The notes under the pieces: model-generated | The model's database searches: none | What the model saw: only the letters and a program-made list of their open reading frames with translations | What the model was told of the DNA's origin: nothing | Made by a program: the position numbers and the translations under genes | Origin: Octopus sinensis | Taxonomy: Eukaryota | Direction: 5' to 3' | Length of the DNA stretch: 64,000 bases | NCBI RefSeq assembly: GCF_006345805.1 | Contig: NC_043005.1 | Location: 92,194,001-92,258,000 of the forward strand | Shown: positions 38,101 to 51,000 of the stretch, piece after piece | Position numbering within the stretch: position 1 is the first letter of the stretch | How the letters are laid out: every line of letters starts with the position of its first letter

Positions 38101-41100
38101 ATAAGCTCCATTTAATGTCGATATTAACTTAATAAAATAATTTTATTTTGCAAAGAAACTATAATTATTAACCAAAATATAATAGTGTGACTTATTTCTT
38201 CATGACAGGTGTGCTATTCCAGGCTGGGAAAATGATACTTACAAAGTGCAGAGTGATACTCATGCGTGGTATATAAACCATTCCTTGCCCAGTGACAATA
38301 GAAAATGTAAGGTTTATCAATTTAACTATTCAGATTTTAATGATTGGAATAGCTCTAAAGAAGTCAACTGTCATGCATGGGTCTATGACAAATCAAGCGT
38401 TCCATCAACAGCTGCTTCTGATGTAAGTATGACTTCTTTCTTTCGAAATCTTTCATAAAAATATTGAATAGTTTCATGCTGTTGTTCCCAGAAAAAGTTC
38501 AAAGGGTAGAATCACTAAAGGTGGAATTTGGTCTAACTTACTACATTCTGATTTCAAATCCTGTGAAAGACAACTATGTCGTTTCATTCTTCCAAGGTTT
38601 ATAAAATAAAGTACCGATCATGTACTGGGGGTGATTTCATCAACTAACTACTTCCTTGTCAATTTTCTGGCCTGGTACCCATGTTAAAATTTACCATTTT
38701 TTCTCTGGCAATAAAATATTTTTGTCAATAGAATAAACATCATATGATATTTTAAGAATTTAATGCAGTTATCATTGCTCTGTTGAAATCATGGATATTT
38801 AAGCTTGTGGCTTGGTTAGCTGGAAATTTGTTCAAGCTGTGTGTCATTTCCCACATAAAACCAACCATAATATTCAGTTTTAATGAATCATATCTATTTC
38901 CATATTGACATTACAAAGGTTACTTACCAAATGTTGTTATTCTGAATGCCAGTAGCTATTTTGTGAGAATGATTGTTTGGCGAGAGGAGAAAATGTAAGT
39001 CTCCATGCTTGGTGAAGTGTTCTTTTAACACAAGGTCGAAATGACTTGGCTGCTGGTACACCAAGATAGCCTGTACATGTCTCCTGGCTCATCTAACTCC
39101 TCTGCCTTGTATTTCTCATGCATCTCAATTTATAACCATGATTTGGCATCAAACTACATGGAATTTTCCATTAGTTTTGCTACCACACAAATACACCAGA
39201 ACAACAACTGGCTAAAAGATAGACCAAAATCACCTGATAGGTCATGTCCATCATTTGTTACTGGGTTGATGTAGTTTTGAATGCTAGCACCACTACAAGT
39301 TAATACAACATGACCAAATAAGAACTCATACTGCATTGCACTCATTTCCAAGACATTTAATTTGCAAACAGCCCATTACACCTAGCAGTGAATAGGTACT
39401 GTAGGATAGGGCCGAATTGCCACTGTAAACAAAGTTAAATAATATAACTGATAAGTGTCCTGTTAGCTTGCAGTGCTGGGTTCAATCCTCTTCTAATTCT
39501 GGAAAGAGTCAGGGAAAATTGCTCTAACATTGTTTCTTTGAACCAGCACAAGAAAATTAGTGTTTTCTTGTTTCATGTAACTCGATGTAACATTATGGTC
39601 TCTTTTCAACTAAGACCTTAGGTTTACAGAACTAACCCTCTACAACCTTCTCCACTCTATAACAGAAAAAAGAGCAAAGTCAACACTGGAAGGAAATTAT
39701 CTCAGAATTGTAACCCATGAAGCTTCTCCTTAGTTTTTAATAAAAAATACATTTTAATTTTGTGTTTTCTTATTCTATTCTTGTTGTGGTGAAATCCTGA
39801 CACCCCTGTGGGATAGCAAGTGAACTGTACTAAACCTTATAAAGGCACATGTGTACTGTCAGTGCGAGGCACAGTATGGTGTGTGCAGTCACATTTTTGA
39901 AGGCAGTTGTAGAAGTTGTTGAGAAGTTGTTGGTTCTGATTTAGCTTTTGTAGTGTCATAACACCGTTTCAGTGCAGTCTATATCCAAACTCAAGGATAT
40001 AATAATTCTACAATTTCATTCACTTATTTTCCACTTGGAGTGGTGATATCATAGTTTCTTAAGAACATCAAATAAAAGTCCTAAGTTTCCCTCTATCTTA
40101 AAAACACATTTCATGTTTAGGAATTACTATAGAAATATTTCATCTCAGATTTCCAGTCATATAATCTTCAGTCAGCTTAAAGTCAATGATAATTTAATAA
40201 TTCAAGTTATGAGCATCAACAATTATTTCTTAATATTATTTATTACTCAACAAAATTAAGGCAGTGAATTAGCAGAATCATAAGAGTATTGAACACCATA
40301 CCTTGCTATATTTTGTAACACCATGAAGGTATATGGCCGAGTATTAAATGGTTAGAATGTTGGGCTCTTCATCGAAAGATTGTTGGTTTGATTCTTGGAC
40401 TGGAAGGCACACTGTGTCCTTGAACAAGTCACTTTATTTTATGTTAATCCAGTCAGCTAAAACAAGTACCAGCCAAGTACTGATGCATCTCTCTCTCCTT
40501 CCAAAATGTTCCACTGAATCAAGAGTGGAAGGGCTAAAACTGTACCTATGTCTGCTTGTGACTCTATAGGTATCCTAAAAAAATTAGCAAAAGCCTGGTA
40601 CATGCTACCAAGTCGAGCTCACTATTGAGTGAGTGATAGCTGCAGAATTCAGTTGCCTCACTCGATGTTTCCGTATACAAATTTTACCAAGATCAACTTT
40701 GATTTTCATCCTTCCAGGTTTCATAAAACGAAGCACCAATCAATTTATTTAACTAACCCCGTTACCCCTGACTTTTAACCTTATGCCTACCATAGAAACC
40801 ATTATTACTAAACAAGATTAAATGAAAACACCATGCTGGATGAAACGAAATATTCATGAACGTAGAATCATAATGCATTAAATCCAAAATTCCACCAAAA
40901 ATAGCAATTTTAAAATTTTCAAGTGTGCTGCAGAGCCTGAAAAAATATTTAACCACAAAGTTCTTTCTTTTAATCCTAATTCACAACAAAATATTGATTC
41001 TTGGTTACCAATTTCGAAAGTTGCATTTTTCACTCCACTCTAGAATAGAAATTAGGCACAAAAACTAGTTATCTCCCCATACTCAGAGCTGATAAGCTAA

Positions 41101-43062
41101 ACCATTTTTTACCTCTGTTTGTAACTATTGCAAAACCTCTCTGGTTTTTTTCCAATTCTGGATGTTATCAAATTCCTTGTAGAAACAATCAAGAATATTT
41201 GCAAAAGTTTGCTTATATAGCTTCATAAAATTCCACCGAATTTGCTTTGTTGCAGCTAAACTTTGTCTGTCACAGAACCGTCTTTATCTCAACAATCAAC
41301 ATGCTTCTCATGGCAGGTGTCTTTGTCGGATCCTTGTTTTTTGGCACATTTTCTGATCAGTAAGTTCAAATTCAGATTATATTTCAATGTAAACTCATAC
41401 GTGTATTTTTGTTCTCACCGTTTTTCTTTTTTCCTTGTTTCTATTATTGTTGTTGGTTATTGCTATTTTTGCTTTTTTATTGGTAACATTTTTTTATTAT
41501 TCATTAACCTTTCAGCATCCAGGTTATTCTAGTCAAATGTACTATACTATTTTACTATTTTACTTGTTTCAGTCATTTGACTGAGGCCATGCTGGAGCAC
41601 TGCCTTTTAGTCGAGCAAATCGCCCCCAGAACTTATTCCTCGTAAGCCTAGTACTTATTTTATCGGTCTCTTTTACCGAACCGCTAAGTTATGGGGACGT
41701 AAACACACCAGCATCGGTTGTCAAGCGATGTTGGGGGGGAAAACAGACACACAAACACACACACATATACATATATACGATGGGCTTCTTTCAGTTTCCA
41801 TCTATCAAATCCACTCACAAGGCTTTGGTCAGCTCGAGGTTATAGTAGAAGACACTTGCCCAAAGTGCCACGCAGTGGGACTGAACCCGGAACCATGTGG
41901 TTGGTAAGCAAGCTACTTACCACACAGCCACTCCTGCGCCTATGTAATGCTTATTTATTCACACTGCTTTGAATTAAGCATGCATGTACTTCATAGTCTT
42001 GACATTTTGATGATGTGTCATTAATTTTTAGAATGACATTGTAGGGTAATTGTGATATACTGGATCCGACCAGTTTGAATGTAAGACAGGTAGAACATTT
42101 TGGCCAGATATGGCCAGTTTAAAGGCAAAGGGGTTAAACACCTTTTAGGATGGCTAAAAAGTGGAGTGCTTGCTTTATAAACACATTGTGGCATTTATAT
42201 CACTTTACATTCTGAGTTCAAATCCCACCACAATAACAAGAAATCATTTCCCCAACAGCCGTAAAAAAAAAGTGGAAAAAAAGTTAATCCCTTCTTGTGA
42301 GGAGGATTCAATAAATTGTGCTCTTCAGACGCACTTTTTGTCAATATTAGAAAGATAATTATTCATAGCTATGGATATAGTAAAGATTGCAGAAAACCTG
42401 ATAGGGTAGTTTCCGGTATCTTCAAGGTCCACTCAGTCTTAGCTTCTTGCTTATATGTCTTGATGTTGTTTGCATGCTACATAAAACCAAGGTCACTGTC
42501 CATTCAAATGATGTCGTTGATTACAATTTGCTGTGAAACCATGTCCAGCTTTTGAGCTGTTTGATGTTTGAAAGACTGAAGAAAAAACTTTCATTACCCA
42601 TCTCGGAAACAGATGAAGGTCAACATCAGGAAGAGCATCCAGCTCTTACTGCTTCCAGTAAGTCTCATCAAACCCATGATAGCATGGAAAGCTGGATGTT
42701 AAAACAATGGGGATGATGATGGAGATGATGATGAGGAGGAGGAGGAGGAGGAGGACGACGACGACAACGACGATGACGATAATGATGTTAACAATGACAA
42801 TGACGACAACAACAACAACGAATGCTTCAAATAGAGAAGACAGTCTCCTCCTCTCTCTCCTTCACTTATTCACCAACGTCAATGGTGACGTGCTAAGGTT
42901 AATTCAATATGTAGTTGAATTAACCCCTTTATGGAAGTATGACTGAATGTGTTCCATAAACTTTGTGCTGTGCCTGTGTAAAGAATCCAAGGTAGATGGA
43001 TAGCAGAAACAATAAAGTACTAAACAAAATACCTTGCTTCATACCTTGAGTTTATAACTCAT

Positions 43063-43110
<48 letters not shown>

Positions 43111-44976
43111 TAATCTGAACAAGAAAGCACAAAAAAACACAACAACGCGAGGACGTGGAACAAATATAGTATTATTGGACGCTCAGGAAAGAAGCTCTTC
43201 GTCGGAAACATAGGAGAAGGAAAGATCCAGAGAAGGGAAGACAGAGGAAAAAAAAAATCGCCTACGGTACACACGCGGTCCGAAACACGGAGTAGTCGAA
43301 ACAGGGGCAACTGAAGAAGGGGAATATTTCTTGTGTTGTATGTCTTGTACTCTGTTTTTTCGTTGTTTGAAAAAAGTCCATTTCCATGTTTCATGCCTTG
43401 CTTCATACCTTGAGTTTATAACTCATTACATATGTATGTGTGTGTGAATAGATTTAGTAGATGGAAACAGGAAAGAAGTCCGTTGCATAGGTATGTGTGT
43501 GTGAGAGAGAGAGAGAGAGAGACAAACAGACAGACAGAGAGTGTGTGTGCATGTGCGTATGCATGTGTCTGTGTTTGCGGTGTGTTTGTCTCTCACTGCC
43601 ACTTGACAGCCATAACTTTGCAGTTTAGCAAAAGAAACCAATAGAACAAGGACCAGAGTTCAAAATAAGGACTGAGATCGATTTGTACCACTAAACCTTT
43701 CAATGTGGTGCCCAGCTGCAGTCTAATGACTAAAGTATAAGCTAAAATATTTTTCTCCTCATCTTTTATGTAAAACACCACACAGATTGTTGACTACCCT
43801 TGTGAAGTACCCCTCATCTATGCCCCTGTGGCTAATAAAACAAATCCTTATCATTATTATCATTACTATTATTATTATTCAGGCTGGCAGAATCGTTAGC
43901 CTGTTGGATGAAATGCTCAGCAGTATTTTGCCCATCACTATGTTCTGAGTTCAAATTCTACCAGCTACTTTGTCTTTCATCCTTTCAGGGTTGATAAATT
44001 AAGTACCAGTGAAACGCTGGGGTCGATGTAATTAACTAATCCCCCTGCCCCAGATTTCATGCCTTGTGCCTTTAATAAGAAGGATAATTATGATTATTAT
44101 TATTATTTTATCCTTTACTTCTCAGAACATTTGGTTTTGTTTGTCCTGGCAGATTCTGTGAGAGGAGACAGCAACCTATTGTCAGAGATCTCACAGGGTC
44201 TATTTCTGCAGTTTGATACTTGGTTGTTAATTATTGTGGGAGACATTCAGCATCCAAGTACCAATCTCAAAATCCTAGCTGTCCCCAGCAGTGCAGCTTT
44301 TTGGGCTTGCTCTGCTTTCAAGTCCATTCTCATTTCTTTGACATATTTCTCAAGCTAGGTTGTTTGTGCTCTGAGTGCCCCTACAACTATTGGAATGACA
44401 GACACTCTCTTCATAGTCCACATTCTTGCAATTTCATCTTTTCATAGTCTGTACTTTTCAATCTTTTCTACTTCTTTGTCACTTATGCATGCATCTCCAG
44501 GTATGCAATTTCTGTGGTATTGGTTTCCTTTTTTCCTTTATCTACCACAACAAAATCTGGTCTACAAGCCTCAATTAGGGAATTGCATTGGATTGTAAAA
44601 TCCCACAGTATCTTATGCTCCTAGTTCTAAGTGACTCTTTCTGGTTCATGTTCATACAACTTCTGTGCTCTGTCCAGGCTGTACTTTTCACATAACCTCC
44701 AGTGGACAAACTTAGCCACATTATCGTGCCTCCTTTTGTAGTGCTTCTGGGCCAGCTTTCTACACTCACTCATAATATGAGACTGTTTCGTTTCTGCTAC
44801 CACATAACCTACAAAGGGGCAATTCACTACTCTTAACTATTTGAAACTTGGTATAATTAGTTCTCAGAGCTTGTTACTGGGTGCTACCTCAGTGCATCCT
44901 TTCAGATCACTTTTTCTTAGCCATCTCCAAGTATTGATCTTGTACCACCACCACCGCCGCCGCCGCCGCCGCCGCC

Positions 44977-45010
<34 letters not shown>

Positions 45011-45034
45011 TCATCATCATTATCATCATCATCA

Positions 45035-45073
<39 letters not shown>

Positions 45074-48000
45074 TATTATTATTATTATGATGATGATGAT
45101 GATTAAGGTGTCGAACTGGCAGAATCATTAGGAGTGTTGTTCTGAGTTCAAAGTCTGCTGAGGTCAACTTTGCCTTTCATTCTTTTTGGGTTGACAAAAT
45201 AAGTACTAGTCATGAACCGTATTTAATAGTACCAATTAATCCACTGCCCTCAAAAACGTTGACTTTGTCCCTAAATTGGAAACCATTATAAAACACCCTG
45301 CCAAAAAACCATCAGCCCATGCTGGCATAAAAGACTGAAACACTTAAGATGATAAGTACAGTAATAATGGTGTTGGGATAAGTACATAGCCCATGATTTT
45401 AAGTATTTCCTCCCTCTCTCTTTCTTTGCCTTCAAAATTTTAAAGTTCTAGAGTTTCATGCTCAAAAAGCAAAAACAACAACCCCACCATCTAAAAAAAC
45501 ACTCAAATCCTAAGTGCAATCCTATGACTGCATTTTCAAAAACTTTCAGATGCAACAGAATTTTACATCAGTGAATAGATCACATTTTTGAGTGCCAAAA
45601 ACCTTGACACCATTTTACAAACAGATGTGTAAGTGAAGTTAATGGTCTTTCTGAATGGTTAGCTTATGTTTTGAATTCTGCAACTGCAATAATTATTTTA
45701 CCATTAATTTTTATTCTGTTCCAGGAAGGGCCGAAAGTTGTCTCTTTATTTGGCACTTCTTCTCAGCATTGTTACAGTCCTCCCACTCTATTTTGTTGGA
45801 AGCTTTGAAGCTCTTGCCACACTCCGTTTCTTTGCTGGTTCATCAGGAGCCAGTATTTTTATGGTTGCATTTATTCTTGGTGAGTTGATGACTACATTTC
45901 AGATAACTCCTTCCTAAAAACAATCCAGAACAAATACATCTACAGAAATCAATACATGTCCACCTAGATCAAACAATCAACATCCAAAAGAACACAAACA
46001 CAGAAAACTGAGCCAACGCCTAGAAGTAAACCATTCTCTATCTAATAACAGGGACTTCTCATTAATTAGAAACACTAGAAGAAACCAACCTAGAGTTAGG
46101 AGTAATTTTTTCTCCCCAGCAACTAGAAACATCCAAGAGACCCCCTTTACCCTCAACAAAGAAACTCAACCTACGGATATTCATCCTATTTACCCAGACA
46201 GCACAACTGGCTCCCCAGCATTCCAAGCATAATTAAGCACCCTAACAATTCATTCCAGTGAAGAAATCTTAACCACGTGCTCCCAACCAGTTTACCCAGG
46301 CAGCAACACCAACCTCCCAGGAATCCCAATATAATAAGTAATAATAATACTGATTTAATTAATTACAATAATAACACCAATTATAACTTCTACCAACCAA
46401 ATTACAATAAACATTTTTTAGACCAAGTGGAGAGAAACAGGGACACACGTTGGAACAAAATATACAGGAGAAACCCAAAGTAATTAACTTATCATAGAAA
46501 ACTCTCTCTATAACAAAAACTTCTTAAGAAAATACATATTCAAATAACTAAACCATAATATCATGAATAGCAAAAACAAAACTGGTCGATATATTAAAAA
46601 TTACATTAAAACTATGTAAAATGTGTGTGTTTTCCTTTTTTAATTTCTTATATATACATATATATATATATAAATATATATATATATATGCCCCTGGGAG
46701 CTCTTCTATGCTGATGACCTTGCTCTAATTGCTGAGTCACTATCAGAACTGGAGGAGAAGTTTCAGGTGTGGAAGCAAGGATTAGAATCGAAGGACCTTA
46801 GAGTCAACTTGGCTAAAACCAAAGTCCTAATAAGTAGGAAAGCAGGCAAATCACAAACACCTTCAGGTAGATGGCCCTGCTCGATCTCTAGAAAAGGCGT
46901 AGGTAGAAACTCTATAAGATGCACCAAGTGTAAGCTAGGGACACATAAGAGGTGCAGCAATGTCAAAGGAAGGCTAACTAGGAAGATAGTTTTTGTATGT
47001 GGCAGATGCTCAGGAGCAATAAACACTGAAAATACGCAGAGATCAACTTCCGCCACATTCCAGGGAGAAAAACTAGAAATAGTTGATAGCTTCCGTTACC
47101 TAGGTGACCAAAGGCCTCTCGCTCAGAGTAAAAGGCAGACTGTATGACGCATGTGTATGAACAGGCATGCTGCAAGGCAGTGAAACATAGGCCGTGACTG
47201 CTGAGGACATGTGTAATCTCACAAGAAATGAAGCCAGTATGCTCAGATGGATGTGTAATGTCAGTGTTCATACTCGACAGAGTGTAAGTACCTTGAGAGA
47301 AAAGTTGGACCTAAGAAACATCAGTTGTGGTGTGCAAGAGACACATTTGCGCTAGTATGGTCATGTGGCGAGAATGGATGAAGATAGTTGTGTGAAAAAG
47401 TGCCACACCCTAGCGGTTGAGGGAACCTGTGGAAGAGGTAGACCCAGGAAAACCTGGGACGAGGTGGTGAAGCACGACCTTCGAACTTTAGGTCTCACCG
47501 AGGAAATGACAAGAGACCGAGACCTATGGAAGTATGCTGTGCGTGAGAAGACCCGGCAGGACAAGTGAGACCATAACCTGTAGCCTCTACCTGGGATGTA
47601 GCCCGTCCACTTATGCATACCTTTTCCTTCTTGGGACACAAAACTCTACTTGTTAAGACCTGTTCAGGCAAGTGAAAATCAGAATCAAAATCAAAATCAA
47701 AATCGATCAACATTAATGGAAATTGTAGCTGTGATACTAGTGTCGGTGGCACATCCGAAAGTGGCCATTACCAGCGCCGCCCCAACTGGCCTCCATGCCA
47801 GTGGCACGTAAAAAGCACCAACCGATTGTGGCCGTTTGCCAGCCTCGTCTGGCACCTGTGCTGGTGGCACGTAAAAAGCACCCACTACACTCACGGAGTG
47901 ATTGGTGTTAGGAAGGGCATCCAGCTGTAGAAACACTGCCAGATCAGACTGGGCCTGGTGCAGCCTTCTGGCTTCCCAGACCCCAGTTGAACTGTCCAAC

Positions 48001-51000
48001 CCATGCTAGCATGGAAAGCAGACACTAAACGATGATGATGATGATGATGATATTGTTTATATTTCCCTTTCAAATGTTTACATGGAATTGACATTTTCAT
48101 TGCAGACAGTTCATAGATTGTTAATTTATCACTCTCTTTTACTTGTTTCAGTCATTAGACTGTTGTCATGCTGGGGCACAGCCATGAAGAGATTTTAGTC
48201 AAATGAATCTGTCCCAGGACTAATATTTTAAAACCTGGTACTTATTCTATCAGTCTTTTTTGGTGAAATACCAAGTTACAGGGGATGTAAACAAATCAAC
48301 ACTGGATGTCTAGTAGTGGTGGGGGACAAACAGACACACACACAAACACACATATATATAAATAGATAGATAGATAGATAGATGTGTGTGTGTGTGTGTG
48401 TAATCAAAATAAGTAACAAGATGTTAAATAGTAATGCAGTACGACCTTTTCAAGTGGCTCCATTTAATTGAACAATGCAATCATTACATCAATTTAAATA
48501 CAGAGCTATCTTCAGCTGCACAAATATGGATTTTCAACAGATATATTAATATAATTTACTACTATCTAATTGACTCTTTCTAAAGTTGTTTCTTTTTCTT
48601 GGTGGTTGAAAGGTAGCTGTGACAGTATGAAATTTATGACCAACAGCCAGCTATGAGCTGTCAAATCATTTTGCTCTTTATTCTAAATATATGCAGTCTT
48701 CTAGTCTTAGATTTTTTTGTTATAAATTGGAAATGAATTACAACTCTATGACCTCCACTGTGTTCCATGCCACTCTAAAAATTTGTAGTCTGTTCTCTTA
48801 GCTATTCTTGCTACAATAGTGACAACATGAAATTCTTCCATCCTCTTGGTCTGTTAAAATATTTAAGAAAAATTATATTAATATATTTTGTCTGTTGAAA
48901 ACCCATATTTGTGCAGCTGTATTTAAATTGATGTAATGATTGCATTGTTCAAATAAATGGAGCCACTTGAAACGGTCGTATTGCATTACTACTTGGCATT
49001 CTGTTACTTATTTTGATTTTATTCCCCTTTCAGCTGTGCAGATAATTCTGAACTGACTTGGTGCTTCAACTACCTAATTCAACTGAATCTTAATTACTTA
49101 TAATATATATGCTATACAAGAAGACACTTACCCAAGGTGCCATGCAGTTGAACTGAACCAAAAAACAATGTGATTAGGAAGAAAATTTCTTACCATACAG
49201 CCACGCCCGTTTCCAATTTTTCCAAGTCGTTCCATGCTTATTATTACAAGCCAACAAAATGCAATGAGCTGGCAGATATATTATCAAATTAGACAAAATA
49301 CATAGTAGCATTTTTTTCTGCTTTGCCTTTCACTCTTTGTTGGGGAGGTCAACAAAAGTAATGGGTTGATGTAATTGATTAACCTCCTCCCTCTGAAACT
49401 GCTGCTGGACTTGTATTCAAATTTGAAACCATTATTACAAGCCAACAAGGGAGCTCTTACATGGTTGCTCTTCCTGCTAGAAATCTTAGCCAAATCTCCC
49501 TCAATTTACACTCTGTCATCTAAAAAGTATGAAGGTCACATTAGACAATATACTTATTAATGTTCAAAAGGCATGATGGCTATGGTTGGCACACCTTTCA
49601 TCATAGGTCTGTTTGGACAAGGTTGATAAAAATAAAGACAGAATTGTTTGAGCGTTTGAGACAATGCTTTACAGTATAGCTTTCAGCTTCATGTTCTGAG
49701 TTCAAATCTTACCAAGTACCAACCAAGTGTTGGAGCAATTACCTCCCCACAAAATCTCCCCCCCCACATACTTATGTTGAAAGCAATGACTATAAAAAAA
49801 ATTAAATTTAAAAACATTTGTTTTCTCCAGTATCAAAATTATTCACAATATATTCTACCTTGTTGTACCTACAGGAAAACCTACAATTGAAGATATCCCA
49901 GCCATGACCATCCAAACGTTTTCAGACTCACTGTACATTGGTGAACATTATCCAATGTGCTCCTTTTTTTTTTTAAGTGAAAACATGTAAATGGAGGGAA
50001 ATTTGGTTAGTTTCTAGCTACCATCTATTCCTTAATTCATCTAAATAACCTAGTATGCCAAAGTTTCTTCTATCACACCATTCCATGCAAACTTATTCAT
50101 ATTACCAACCTTTATATAGTTTTTGTCTTTCAATATTCTAGCCAGAACCTAATTCTGGATTTAAAATGGTCATTTACTATTTCTATTAACATACTTGTTC
50201 TTACTTCATTGCAGCCATCGAGATAGTACCTCATTCTCACAGATCTCTGGTTGGTTTGTTCAGTCACATTGCATTTGCTACGGGTCAAATAGCAATGGCT
50301 GGAATTGCTTATTTGATTAGAGATTGGCATCTTCTGTGTCTGGCTGCATCTCTTATCTTTCTACCATTTTTCTTATATTGGTTGTAAGTTGACTTTGTTT
50401 ATATCATTATTTTTTTCCTTTTCACATTTGATAGCTTGAATATAAAATGAACAAATCTTTTATCTTTTACCTTTTTCTTGTTTCAGCCACTAGGCTGCGG
50501 CCATGCTGGGGCACCGACTTTGAAGAATCTTTTGGCTAACCCCAGTCCTTACTTTTTGTTAAGTCTGGTACTCATTCTATCTGTCTCTTTTGCTGAACTT
50601 CTAAGTTACAGGAATATAAACACACCAACACTTACTGTTAGGTGGTTGTGGGAAACAAACACACACACATATACAACAAGCTTCTTTCAGTTTCTGTCAA
50701 CCAAATCCACTCAGAAGGCTTTGGTTGGCCCAAGACTATAGTAAAAGACACTTGCCAAGGTCCCATACAGTGGGACTGAACTCTGAACCACATAGTTAAG
50801 AAGCAAGCTTCTTACCACACAGTTATACCTGCTCCTTTGAAAGCTTATGATAATTCAAGACAACATTTTGATGCAGTCTATAGCACATTTTCTGGCATAC
50901 AAGTCGATATAGTATATATATTTCTTTACTGCTCACAAGGGGCTAAACATAGAGGGGACAAACAAGGCCAGACAAAGGGATTAAGTCGATTACATCGACC

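Noticed and set aside
45890-46620. A/C-rich stretch with PKVINLS, reminiscent of a Penelope RT N-terminus
   Set aside because: There are too many stops and only one short motif, so it cannot be assigned without a profile search
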